Shown here piece after piece: positions 39,945 to 52,700 of a stretch of 64,000 nucleotides of DNA. The stretch is from Bilabrum cf. latius. Lineage: Eukaryota. The notes below the pieces were generated by a model. It saw only the letters and a program-made list of their open reading frames with translations. It ran no database searches and had not been told where the DNA came from. The translations under genes were made by a program, and so were the position numbers. Each line of letters opens with the position of its first letter. Positions within the stretch are counted from its first letter, which is position 1. Location: the NCBI GenBank assembly GCA_965178125.1, contig OZ237745.1:124001-188000 (forward strand), given 5' to 3'.

Positions 39945-40226
39945 TGGCTAAGTCACCTGGCCCGTGTTGATGCGGACTTGATCAATTGGTGTGAAGGTTT
40001 TGGGAATCGCAATCCTGCCAGGACCTTGTCCCTTGTGCAACGCTACTGTGGATCAATCGAGATTTTCCCAGCACCGCACGAATGCGCGGCGCCGAAGTGG
40101 AATGCTGCCCCAACGGCTGCTGCACTGATTCGTCCTGCTGTGGGCGTCCTGTGTCACTCGCGACAGATCCTATTCTCCTGCTGAGAAACTTTACTATACC
40201 GAAAGGGGTGCAGATATCCTACAAGC

Positions 40227-43200
40227 ATGTCGATGAAGCTGCGGCATATGAAGACCTTGCTGCCGCCGACGGACGGAATGTGCAAGGTCACCGCAATCTG
40301 CTTTTCTCCGAACAACAGGCGGCTCGCCGTCATCACCGTAGAACGAATAGTATATCTGTTTGACGAAAATGGAGAGAGAAAGGACAAATTCTCAACAAAG
40401 CCCAGGGAGAAGGTGAGTTTCGAGCGGTTCCGTAACCAACGGCATGGAGACATTTCGCCTTCGCCTTGTCTCCCGTGCTGCAGCGTACGCGGTTGCCCTG
40501 TGTGGTTTTAATTGCATACGATATAGGGCCGCGTTTCTACTACTAGAATCCTGGCATGCGCAGGGAGGCCCCAAGACGTACATGGTCACGGGAATGGCTT
40601 TCAGCCCGGATTCCACAAAGCTGGCGGTAGCCCAGACAGACAACATCGTATTTGTGTATCGGTTAGGTTTGGAATGGGGCGACAAAAAGACCGTGGCCAA
40701 CCGCTTCTAGACGGAAAGCCCGGTCACGACCGTGTGCTGGCCGTCTGGACGGCCGAACGACGTGGTCTTCGGACAGGCCAACGGAGCCGTTCTGGCGGGA
40801 CACTCCAAGGCGGGTTCCCGAGCAGCTCCTTGCACAGCACTCTATGATGGAGGCTCGTTTACCGTGTCATCCTGCGCCTCCCCGGACGGGCTCGGCTTCC
40901 TGTCGGGTCATTCTGACGGCAGCATCTATCGCTTCCACTTCGGGGACGGCACCGCCGGCCCCGTGCACCAGCGGTTCGCGGTGCACAGCGCTGCCCCACA
41001 GGCCCTGTCTTGGGGACAGAGCGTGCTTGCGGCAGGGAACGACGGCAGGGGTGAGTGAATGAGACGATAGGAGACGAGACGGCCACGCACAAAGCCCGCA
41101 TGTCGAACCACGCAGGTCGCTGGTGCCCCTCCCTTCACCCCTCACCGCCTCCTCCTCCCCGGTGCAACGCGGCAGCTCTTGTTGCTTCTCTACGCCCCCT
41201 TTTCGTTGCGTTTGGATTGACCTTGTTGTACGCAGTGACTTTCTACTCCGACGACGGCGCCGCCGAGCGGACGTTCGACTATTCGGACCAGGCCGACCGT
41301 GTCAAGGGCTTCCAATGCGCAAGCTGCAGCCCGGGGGGCGACTCGATGGTCGTGGGTAATTTCGACTGCTTCTTCGTGTACGCGCTGTCCCCGAGGTCCA
41401 GCGAGTGGGAGGAGGCCGAGCGCAAGGACGTCAGCAACCTCTACACTGTCTCTGCACTGGCCTGGAAGCCGGACGGGTCCAGGGTGGCCCTGGGTGCCCT
41501 CTGCGGTGTGGCCGACCTGCTGGACGCGTGCGTCAAACGGGTGCGTTACAAGGGCAAGTTCGAGTTCACGTACGTCTCGCCCTCTCAGGTGATCGTCAAG
41601 AGGCTGTCGAATGGTGCCAGGATCGTGCTGAGGAGCTCGTACGATTGCGAGGTCACCAGGATCAACATATACAGGGACCGATTCCTCGTCGCTCACACGC
41701 CTGAGACGCTGCTGCTGGGTGACCTCGAGTCCTGCAAGCTCTCCGAGGTGGCCTGGCGCAGCTCTGGCAAGGAGCGCTTCAACTTTGACCACCAGAGCGT
41801 GGCACTGGTCTTCTCCAGCGGTGAGATCGCCGTGGTGGAGTACGGTAGGAACGAGACTTTGGGCGGCTGCCGCACGGAGCACATGAACTCCCACCTACTC
41901 TCCGTGCGGATCAATGAGCGGCCTCCCTCCGCCGACGAGATCGAGAGGATGGGCGGCGCGGGGGCCGTGGCGCCCACAGGGTTGGCGCCGGCGGCGTCTG
42001 GCGCGGGCGCCGACGTGCCCGGCGAGGGCGATGCGGGTGGCTTCACCAACAAGAAGCTGGCGTACCTGATGGACGCGCAGACGGCCCGCGTGGTCGATCT
42101 GGCCACTGGGGAGACCACCGCGCAGCTGCAGCACGACACCCGGATCGACTGGCTCGAGCTCAACGGGAGGTGCAACCTCCTGCTGTTCCGGGACACGAGG
42201 CGGAGGCTGTACCTGTACAACATCTACAAGGCCGAGCGGCACGCGCTGCTCACGAGGTGCAGCTACGTGCAGTGGGTGCCGGACTCGGACGTGGTGGTGG
42301 CGCAGAGCGGAAGCACGCTGTGCATGTGGTACAACATCTACGCCCCTGACAAGGTCACGACCTACGAGATCAAGGGCGACGTGGAGGAGATCGAGAGGGT
42401 GGAGGGACGCACCGAGGTGGTGGTGGACGAGGGCATCAACACGGCCGCCTACACGCTCAACGAGGGCCTCATCGCCTTCGGGACGGCGCTGGACGACCGT
42501 GACTATCCGCGCGCGATCGACATCCTTGAGGGTCTCGAGCTCACTCCAGAGACGGAGGGCATGTGGAAGCAGCTGGGCGATACGGCGCTCAAGACGTCTG
42601 GCGATCTGGCGGTGGCGCACAGGTGCGCGGCGGCGGTCGGCGACGTTGCCCGCGCCAGGTTTCTGAGCAAGACGCTCAAGCTGGCGAAGCTCGCCGAGCG
42701 CAAGCTGGGTGGGGACGGGCGCGATTTCTGGATGGTGCGCGCCCGCATGGCCCAGCTGCGGGGCGACCTGCGCGACGCCGAGGGCATCATGGTGGACGTG
42801 GGCAAGCTGACCGAGGTGATCGTCATGTACCAGACGTTCCACATGTGGGGCGACGCCGTGGACATCGCGGAGAGCCGGCAGATGGAGGAGGCCGCGGCCA
42901 TGCAGCAGCAGTATTTCGAGTACCTGCAGCACTCGGGGCAGGAGGACAAGGCGGCCGCCAAGCTGGAGAAGGACCACGACCAGAAGGGGGCGGTGGCCCT
43001 CTACCTCAAGGGCGGGTACCCCGGGAAGGCCCTCAACATCATCACGAGCAACCCAAGGGCCTTCACCAAGGAACAGATCGAAGAGGTCGCCGCCGCGCTC
43101 GCCGCCGCGGAGATGCCGCAGAAGGCGGGCCAGCTGTTCGAGACGCTTGGCGACAACAAGCGGGCCATGGATGCCTATGTGCGCGGCAACGCCTACAGGT

Positions 43201-46037
43201 CGGCCGTGGACCTCGCCCGCCGCGTGTTCCCCGGAGACGTGGTCCCCCTGGAGAAGGCATGGGGCGACTGGCTCGTGTCCCGGCGGCAGGTGGAGGCCGC
43301 CATCCCTCACTACATCGAGGCCAGGGCACACACCCAGGCCATCGAGGCGGCGCTGCAGGCCAGACAGTACACCAAGGCCTCCCAGCTGATCCGTGACTCG
43401 CTCACCGACCCGGACGAGGCGGGCCCGTACCTGCTGCAGCTCGCCAGGCACTTCGCTTCGACCTCGCGATTTGACGAGGCGGCGCGGTGCTACGCGGACG
43501 CGGGCAGCCCCGAGGAGGGCGTGCAGATGTACGCCACCGCCAGCCGCTGGCCCGAGGCCCATCGGCTGGCGCAGACGTGCATGTCGGAGGAGGACATGCA
43601 GCGGTTCTTCCTTGCCACGTCTCGGCAGCTCAAGGCGCAGGGGTCGTATAAGCAGGCCGAGAAGGTTCTGCTCGAGGTGGGGCTGGTGGACGAGGCCATC
43701 GGCATGTACAAGCAGGCCAAGCAGTACGATGCCATGGTGAGGCTGGTGGCGCAGTACAGGAGGAACCACCTGCAGAGCACGCACGAGCTCCTGGCCAAGC
43801 AGCTCGAGGCGGAGGGCGACTTCCGGGCGGCCGAGAGGCACTACGTGGAGGGCGGCAAGTGGGACGACGCCGTGCGCATGTACCGCAAGGCCGACGACTG
43901 GGCGGAGGCTCGGCGCGTGGCACGGACGCACGGAGGGCCCGACGCCGCGGACCAGGTGGCCTTCGCGCAGGCCGTCGCGATCGGTGGGGAGGAGGGGGAG
44001 AGGCTTCTGAGGTCCCGGGGCCTGATGCGGCAGGCGGTGGACTACCTGTGCAGGCAGAAGAACTTCGACCGGGCGCTTGAGGTGGCCCGCAAGCACAGCC
44101 CTGAGCAGGAGCCCGCGGTGCTGAGCAAGCGCGGGTACTGGCACGAGGACCACGGGCGGTACCAGGAGGCGGAAGAGGACTTTGTGGCCGCCGAGAAGCC
44201 TAGGGAGGCGATCGAGATGTGGTTGCACGCCAAGAAATGGACCAGCGCCCTGCGGCTGGCGGAGGACTACGACCCTGCCAGCGTGCCGCGGGTGCTGCTG
44301 GGTCATGGCCAGGAGGTGGCATCGCAGGGAGACTACGAGCAGGCCGAGAGGCTGTTCCTTGATGCCAAGAAACCCGAGGAGGCAATCGACATGTACATCA
44401 ACGCGAGGGACTACCCCGAGGCGCTGCGCGTGTGCAAGGCCAACCTCCCCTCCAAGGTAGCCGAGGTCAATGCCAGGATCCAGGAGCACGTTGGGGGCGG
44501 CGGAGCCGGGGCCGGGGCAGGCATGGGGGGCGGGCCGGTGGAGGCAGCCCGCGGCGGCGCAGGGGACCGCAGCCGGGGCGGGGAGCAGTCCCAGCAGCAG
44601 GTGCAGGAGATGATCCGCGGCAGGAACCCGATCGAGGTGGCTAGAGGGCTCGAGGACGGCGGGCAAGCCAACATGGCCATCGACGCCTACCTCGCCGCCG
44701 GCAGGTCTGCCGTCTCGTCAGAGAGTGAGCTGGTGGATGCATGGCTGCGGGCCGTGCAGATCGCGCAGCAGCGCGTGAGCTATCGCTACAGCGAGGTCGC
44801 CAGCGCGGTGGGCAACCGCCTGGCTGAGATGGGCGACCACGAGCGAGCCGGCGACCTTCTCGCCGAGGTGTCTCAGTTCAAGAGCGCGATCGACTGCTAT
44901 GTCCGGGCCAAGGCCTGGGACAAGGCCAAGGCGCTTACCTCTGGCCCCGCCAAGCAGTTTGCCGACTACGTGCAGGCTGCTCACACGCGGGCCATCGTGA
45001 AGCGGGGCGGGGCCAGCGGGCAGGAGGTCTCGGCCGCGATCGCCGGGGACGGCGGCAGGGCGGGGGCGGAGCAGGCACTGGAGGAGCTCTCCGCCGCTGG
45101 GCGGTGGGAAGAGGTGCTTGAGCTGGCGGCCAAGACCGGAGAGTCGCAGGTGAACAGGCACGGCGCCCGTTACCTCCGCATGGTAGTAAGCAAGGAGGAC
45201 CCTCTGGAGGCGGGCAGGGCGGCCGTCCTCATGTCCAGGTTTGGGGCCCCCGCCGTTGCCAGCGAGAGCGATTCGTACGAGAGGCTGCTGCGGCTGGTGC
45301 TGGGCGGGACCAAGGCGTCGCACCCCGGGGACGACGCTGTGGTGGCGCTGCGGGAGGTGCTGTACGGCGTGGTGGCCAGGCTCAGGAAACCGTCCAAGGC
45401 GGCGGGCGCGGGGGAGGCACCCGAGCCCAGGGACATGGCGCGGCTGGACCGGCTGCTCCTGTGCTCCCACTATGCCTCGATGCGGGTGGCCGTGATGAAG
45501 CAGAACCTACCCGATGTGGGTCTGCAGCTGAGCATTGCACTGCTGCGCTACTGCGACCTTGTTCCCCCGGACAGGGCCTACTTGGAGGCCTCGATGGCGG
45601 CCAAGGAGAGGGGCAAGCTGAGCCTGGCCTTCGTTCTGTCCAACCGACTGCTGGACGTGGTGGAGGCGGTGGAGGACCAGGACGTGTCCACGGTGGACAA
45701 CGACGACTTCGAGGACACTGATTTGCCTCCTCCGTCCACGTTCAGGCTGCCGAGGAGGCCGTGGCTGACCAAGGCCGAGATCGACGATGTGAGGAACTGG
45801 GTGCTGCAGAAATCCATGGATGACGCCATCGACACCAAGCTGCAGCCGGGGGACATTCCGAGCCAGGAGCAGGCGGGGTGGCAGAAGTGCGTGGCGTCGG
45901 GGTTCCCAGTGGCCGCCAAGGACATGGTGCGGTGCTCGGCGTGCGAGAGCCAGGCCATCCGGTCGGCCTGGAACGCGGTGGTCGGGGCGAGGAAGGCGTG
46001 CCCGTGGTGCGGGGCGGCGCAGACGCCGTACTACTGA
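40227..46037 (+). CDS. IFT172: Intraflagellar transport protein 172
   Basis: MKLRHMKTL..., [69 protein letters not shown], then TPR-like repeats and a C-terminal Cys motif. Introns at 40413-40563 and 41051-41235. One in-frame TAG at 40708-40710; TGA stop. Confidence 0.96.
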
Positions 46038-46335
46038 TGGAGTTGCACTTTCTTTGATTCCAGTCGTTGTTCGTCATTAGTTCGAACGAATTTACTGCAC
46101 TGCTCAATTAAATATCACCAAATATTGTCCTCGTTCCAGATGTGGTTTCGTGATGAGCGAGCGCTTTTGAGTTGAGTCCATGAAAATATCAGACCCACCA
46201 AATATTGCTGCGCACGATCAAATCGACGATTAACAAGCTAGTGCCTAGTGCGAAGTGACAGTCAATACCCCTACTCCATCAGTGCCTAGCTGTACTTTTG
46301 TTTTCCTCTGGCGCGCTGAAGGCTTTTTTCCCCGC

Positions 46336-49149
46336 ATGCTGTCGTTCTCGGGCTTTGCCGCTAGTTGCAACCTAGAAGTCATTGTGACATGGCCGTCCAG
46401 TTATGTTTCATCAAACATTTTAGGAGGGTGCAGCAAGCAGCCCATTCGAACTTTGATGCGGGCAGATAGGCGCATTCGCTCGATAGCGCTCAGTCAACTT
46501 CACGGCATTCCAGAGCAGTGCGTGGACGATTTAGAAGCGTCAATGCGCGACGACAGGATGCCGAAGCGCATTGAAATGCAAGTTGAAACAACATCTTATC
46601 TCTCGAAGCACGTTGCAAGATTCAGCAAGTTTGTTGAACGGTGCGGCAACGGTGCAACAGATCTGAGGCTCTCGTTCACCCGGAACGAGAGAACCAGCAA
46701 TAAAACTATCGGAACAGAGCTGGCCAGAAGCATTCATACGATCTTGCGGGGCATGCCGCAGTTGCGAGACCTCAGACTGCGTTTCTCCAAGTGCGGATTC
46801 TCAAGCGAGGCCTCGTCGGTGATTGCGGGAGCGCTTTAGGTATCCCGTGGGTTACAAGAATTTGAGCTGGCTGGTATGGTAGATGCTACCGATGCTACAG
46901 AGCGGCTCGTCTCAGGACTGACCGGGTTGCCGAGCCTGCGGCGGGCTACGGTCTACCAACCCTATTCGCCCCACACTGGGGCCGCTGGCGCCCTGTCGGG
47001 GCTTGTGCGCAGCTCGCCGTCGTTGTGCAGACTGAAAATTTCAATGCCCACCAAAGCAGAATCAGATAACTAGCGGGATTTTTTCGACGCGATCGGCAAG
47101 AGCACGACCCTTACTGAGCTGAGCCTTGGGGCCATGCTCGAGTCTGAAACGTGCGCCGGCCTGGGCGCAGCACTCGCTGCATCTGGCAGCCTGAAGAAGG
47201 TCACGCTGGACATGGGACTCTATGGAGTCGACGATGGAGGTGTCACTGCCGCAGATTTCGCCGATCACCTCGCTTCGGGCATCGCAGGTAGCTCTGGGTT
47301 GGAGACCCTGTGGCTGACTACCCCATTGGGCGGGACCGGTGAAAGCTTCGAACGCGTGCTGGCGGAACATGCAGGGCTCAAGCACGTTGCCATCAGGCCG
47401 TACGGTGACAAAGAGGATAAAGTGATAAGCAGAATGCTGCGAGGACTGGCCGAGAACCCGCACGCTTAGTTACGCAGCCTAGTGCTCCGAGAATGCATGC
47501 CGCAGACGGCCGAGAGCAGCGAGCAGATTGAGGCTTCTTCGTTGCGCGGCATTCTGAGCCAACAATCTCGCTTGGAGAGGCTGCGTGTGATCGAAACGTG
47601 GTTCAAGAGGCCAGGCCATAGCCAGGGCATGGTCCGGTCCATCGAGACCGGTCTTGCGCAGAGCGCATCGCTCAGGTGCCTGACCCTAAGCTGCTGTCCC
47701 ATTGGGGCAACTGATTCTACATTGATCCTGCGCACTTGTTTGTCGCATGCCAAGATCGAATTCTTGGCGATGGCCTTTACCGATATGACCCCGGAATGCG
47801 CGAGCCCGCTGTGCGAGCTCATTGCCGAGTCAACCTCGCTGCACTACCTGGACGTAAGCAACAATCAGCTCGACCTCGGTAGATCGCTAGGCGTAGCACT
47901 AGCGAGCCCCAATGCGGCCCTGGAGACGCTCATACTCACAAAGGCCGGCATGACGGCAGCCGGCACGGCAGGGATTGCTGAGGCGCTGCTTGTGAACGAC
48001 ACACTCACTGAGCTGGACATCTCCGACAACGAGCTCAACGCCAAGGGCGGGATGGACGCCATCGGCAAAGCACTGGAGGTCAACTGCTCCCTTCAAATAC
48101 TGCGAGCGGTTCCGCCCAGCGATGAGCCGCCGTTGAGCAGCGCATGTATACGTAGCATCTCACGCAGCAGATCATTGTGCAGGCTGCAGACCTGTGCTGA
48201 CACCGGGTCCGAGGCTGTGAGCTCTTTGGTCGGCAGCTGCCGCACCTTGCAAGAGCTGTTCATGGTGCACCACCGGATCCTGCCCGCCCCAACACCTGCT
48301 GAATTCGAGAGCTTTGACACGCTGGCCGAGCTGATCGCTGGCGAAGCCCCTGGGCTGCGATCGCTGCGCCTGCGACCCGAACGGGTGCGTGTCATCGACG
48401 AGGCACTGAGCCTGAACCGCGCCCCTGTGGCCATGGGGTGGATGCGGGAGCCGACTGCATTCTAGACGGACCCGCGTGGTGCTTCCACAGCGGCATGCAT
48501 CCTCCGCATGCTGCCAGTGCTGCACGACTGCGGCATGCCTGTGTCTGCGTCAAGCCAGTTTGCGGAAGCCATGCTTGGGTCTCGGCTGGAAGCTGGAGAT
48601 GCAGGCGGGTGCGTCGTGGTGCTGCAGGCGCTGCTGGAAGGTGAGCAAGCGGTCAAGACTGTGCCTGCCATTCACGTGCACGGCTAGCCTCCCCCTAAGT
48701 CGCACTGGGCGGAAGAGTCGCGGTGGGCGAGCGATGCCCACAGGAAGCCGCAGTATCCCGCTGGCGGTGTCTAGCACTGGATGGGTGTGCACGACCTGGC
48801 CCGCAAGCTGGCTAGGGACAAGAGGGGGCGGGACGGGTGGCGCGGGGCCGTGCTGCGTTGTGATGCGCTAGTGGAGCTGGAGGCGAAGAGGAGACGGGGC
48901 CGCATGGCTGTGTGGCGGCGGGCGATGGAGGCGAAGAGGGACGCTGGTAAGGTGTTCCAGGCGGCAAGAGATGGTCGTCCGTTGGAGCTGGGGAAGCGGC
49001 TGAGGCTTGGAGTGCTGGCTGGGGGCCTGGATGCGAAGGGGTAGGTGGATGATGGGGCAGGTGGCACGCGGTTGGTGAGTCCGTTGGAGGCGGCGCGGCT
49101 GGGTGGGCATGAGGAGTGCGTGAAGCTGCTTACTGAGCATCCCGGATGA
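46336..49149 (+). CDS. Ribonuclease-inhibitor-like LRR protein with C-terminal ankyrin-like module
   Basis: LHYLDVSNNQL, LAEAL-type IAEALLVNDTLTELDISDNEL, ALEVNCSLQIL. One frame across TAG 46837, 47071, 47467, 48463, 48685, 48772 and 49042 to TGA 49147-49149. Start uncertain (46336 or 46456). Confidence 0.78.
48758..49134. repeat. 377-bp duplication, copy 1 (copy 2 at 51929-52305)
   Basis: Near-identical sequence at an offset of 3171 with about 5 substitutions by eye. The two track ORFs 48781..49044 and 51952..52215 translate identically. Confidence 0.93.
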
Positions 49150-49276
49150 CAAACTGATTTGATGGCGTCACTGCGTGGTTCGCTTGTTGGCTAGCAATAC
49201 GAAAGAATGATAACTCGACTAGTCTAGGCAGGCGTCATCTGCAACTGTGTAAAGCACAACATTACCCGTCATAACG

Positions 49277-51286
49277 TTACCTTCGCCGGCCAGTCGGTCG
49301 CTTGGAGCCCCGCTTCATCTGTTCTTGCCACCGTGCATCAGCGGCAGACGGCTGCGCGGGCGCAGATACCCCCGCCCCGAGGCCTCCTCCCACCTCTGCA
49401 CCTGGTCCGCCCATGCCGCCGCCAGACCTGCCAAGCACCGACTGCCCGCGCCGGGCCAGACCAGATCGCTTCTTCTTGCCCAAACCATGGGGTTCCCCAG
49501 ACTCCCCACCCTCCCTCACATGCGACCGACTGCCCTTGTCAGCTGCCGCGGCACGGCCGGTCCCGAGTCTTGCACCTCTCGTTGCCGAGCCCCGTCCCAA
49601 GCCCGCGCCCGCACCCGAGCCCGCACCCGAGCCCGCACCCGAACCAAGCCTGCCCGCCTGCACATCTGCAAAGGACACCGGCCCCAGCCCGCTCGCCCCC
49701 CGCTGCTCGTTGAGCGCCTCCAGCAGGGCCAGCCGCTCCTCGCACTCGGAGCGGACCGTCTCTCGAAGAGAATCGATCTCTTCCTCCCTCTCGCGCACCT
49801 GCGCCCGAAGCTATTCCGCCTCGCGGGCCGCCGCAGCAGCAGCCTGGGTCTTCCTCTGAGAGGTACTCGATTCGTCTCGCTCCCCTCTCTCCAGCCTCTG
49901 CTCCGACAGCTGCCGCTGGGCGTCTCGCAGCTCCCTGCGGGCCTGCTCCAGCTGCTCCTCTGCCTCCCTCTTCTCCTGGCGCTCCTCCGCAGATGACTCG
50001 GCCAACCGGGCATTCGACCGCTCTAGCTCCTGCACCCGCACTTTGGCTGACGACAGCTAAGCCTGCAAGTCTGCGTGGGTGCCTGCCGCCGCGCTGCGCA
50101 CCGCCTCGAGCTCTTCACGTGCCTGGGCAGCTGCTCGCATGGCCGGCTCGGTCTCGCCTCGAAGACGCTCCAGCGCACCATTTGCCTAGCCCAGCTACCG
50201 TTCGAGCACCTGCTTCTCGGAAACCGCCCGGGTGGCGATCGCTCTGGCCTCGTCGCGCTCGCCAAGCAGCTGCTCCGCGCTCGCCCTCGCCTCCTCTAGG
50301 GCCGCCACGTCCTCTCGCCGCCGGGCCTCCGCCGCCCGCAGCCGGGACGCCGCCTCTGCCAGCTCCGATCGTGAGGCATCCAGCTCTGCCTGCCGGCTCT
50401 GGGCTCGCTCCTTCTCCTCGTGCTCGCCGGCCCGTGCCTGTGCCAGCTCCTCCTTGTGATTCTTCGCCGCCCTCTCTAGCCCGCGCACGTGCTCGAGGGT
50501 CTCGTGCAGCCTAGACTCTGCGGCGCTCGCCCGCTGCTGCAGCTCCTGCGCCGCCGCACCGCTCGCCCGGGCAGCCCTGCCCACCTCGGCTTCCAGGTCG
50601 ACCACGCGGCGCTCCGCCGCTGTGGCGCGCCGCTCTGCCGATGCAAGGGATGCGGTTGCGTGTTCGACCGATTCGCGGGCCGCCTTAAGTTGCTGCCTGT
50701 GGGTTTGATTCTCGGCCTCTGCTTGCTGAGCGGCTCTTGCCGCGATGGGGCGGATTAGCGACTCCATCTCGCGCCTTGCCTGTTCTATGGCACCTAATGC
50801 GGATTCTCGTGCGTGTTGCAAATCGCTTCGGGTGGCCCGAATCGCTGGGTGCACGTGGCTTATTGCAATAGCTTCTAAGCGAGGCCGGACCGCAGCTAAC
50901 CTTGCTTTCTCGTGTTCTAAAGCATCCGATAGCTTCTGAACGTCCAGACTCGACTTTTTGAGCTAGCGCTACAACTCATCCTCCGCCTATTTGGCATCAG
51001 CCAGGTTGTCCTATGCCTCTAGAAGCTTTGCACGCATCTCGTCTGCCGATGCCAACTCGGACGCCGCTAGCTTCGCTTCAGCCCGGTCGAGTCTGTCTTG
51101 CAATGAACGCATTTCAGAATAAACCAAAAACGACACGCCGCAGTATTGGCAAGCAGTGTCCTCAGCGTCGGCGTATTTTAGATCATCGGGAAGGCTAGCT
51201 GCCGTCGGGCCGTTTCGCAGCGATTCTGCCGTGACCGTCTCATCTTCGTCGCTATCTTCCCGGAATCGCATAGACCCTGACGCCAT
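49277..51286 (-). CDS. LEKR1: LEKR1-like coiled-coil protein, 669 aa
   Basis: N-terminal LPDDLKYADAEDTACQYCGVSFLVYSEM and C-terminal EEIDSLRETVRSECEERLALLEAL match LEKR1 motifs. One frame across 8 TAG (51011, 50987, 50969, 50963, 50195, 50186, 50057, 49811); ends in TAA at 49277-49279. Confidence 0.75.
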
Positions 51287-51582
51287 GGATACGCCGCGCC
51301 AGAAACTAGTTTTGAGCTGGATGCGATGGTCTTGATGAGTACTTTGTCATTAACAGCTTGTTCCAATAGCGATCCATCGTCCTTTTCGAGGTAACGCGCA
51401 CTATCTGGTTTCCGGATCCGATCCGGCGAAGGTCCAGTCTGGAAGCACTTTTGCCAGATCAGCGATCCCTTTGAGAAGGTTGAGCATTTGCCTACAATTC
51501 ACGGTGGCGTTGTAAGGCGAGGCAACTCCCGCAATGCACCTGATGCCGACCGCCAACGCCCCCAATACAATGCCTCTATGCA

Positions 51583-52329
51583 GAAACCCAATAGGAACTG
51601 GGCCGTCAATGGGTACAAGCTGTGGAGGGAGCGCTCAACCCGGATCGCACGACCATCGTGAGACATTGGATCGAGGATGCTACTACTAGCTTGCGCGAGC
51701 CCGTTGCAGCCTCACGCGCGGCGTGTGCCATTCGCATGCTGCAGGGGTTTCACAGATCACTGCTGAACGTATCTAGCATCAGTACATGCGCAAGTGCAGT
51801 CTTGATGGCTCTGGTGGTGGCAGGAGATGCAGGCAGATGCATCGTGGTGCTGCAGGCGCTGCTGGAGTGGGAACAAATTGCACCGCCTGCACTGGGCACT
51901 CCTGCCCGACCGCCGAGTCGCTAGTGGTCCGCTGGCGGTGCCTAGCACTGGATGGGTGTGCACGACCTGGCCCGCAAGCTGGCTAGGGACAAGAGGGGGC
52001 GGGACGGGTGGCGCGGGGCCGTGCTGCGGTGTGATGCGCTGGTGGAGCTGGAGGCGAAGAGGAGACGGGGCCGCATGGCTGTGTGGCGGCGGGCGATGGA
52101 GGCGAAGAGGGACGCTGGTAAGGTGTTCCAGGCGGCAAGAGATGGTCGTCCGTTGGAGCTGGGAAAGCGGCTGAGGCTTGGAGTGCTGGCTGGGGGCCTG
52201 GATGCGAAGGGGTAGGTGGATGATGGGGCAGGTGGCACGCGGTTGGTGAGTCCGTTGGAGGCGGCGCGGCTGGGCGGGCATGAGGAGTGCGTGAAGCTGC
52301 TTACTCAGTACGCCAAGAGTCACCGCTAA
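51583..52329 (+). CDS. Short paralog or fragment of the C-terminal third of the LRR-ankyrin gene; 5' end unresolved
   Basis: AACAIRML and AGDAGRCIVVLQALLE parallel AACILRML and AGDAGGCVVVLQALLE in the 46336-49149 gene. TAG at 51922, 51943 and 52213; TAA at 52327-52329. No clear in-frame ATG at the 5' end (possible acceptor tatgcag near 51582). Confidence 0.5.
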
Positions 52330-52700
52330 GGGCAGCAATACGTCTATTTTCATTCGGCTGGTTGGGGGTAACGTGCACAGAGCACTGTGCTCTGTGTGTT
52401 GCATGCGTATCCGAAGGCTGAAGGTTGCAAGACAACAGATATTGCAGGGCCCCATATGGGTATGAGCAAGAGATCAAGGTGTGTAACTGTGTCTGTGGCC
52501 AAGCACCGATGCGGATAGGTGCTGCAACTTCATCAAGTCGCAACGAGCCGTAGCACTGCGAGACGGTGGTCGCAAAGATTTGCTACTGCAACTGCCGCAT
52601 GGATCTGCTGCCAAACTAGTCTATAGAGCTTGTCAGAAACTCAGGTTCGTAAGTTTGACTGATTTAGATAGAAAGGTAATAATTGGGTGGTCTGGTCTGC

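Noticed and set aside
41895-44666. 923-aa ORF antisense to IFT172 (likewise 35776-37098 antisense to HPD and 17561-19357 antisense to TYW)
   Set aside because: Same shadow-ORF effect in GC-rich coding DNA.
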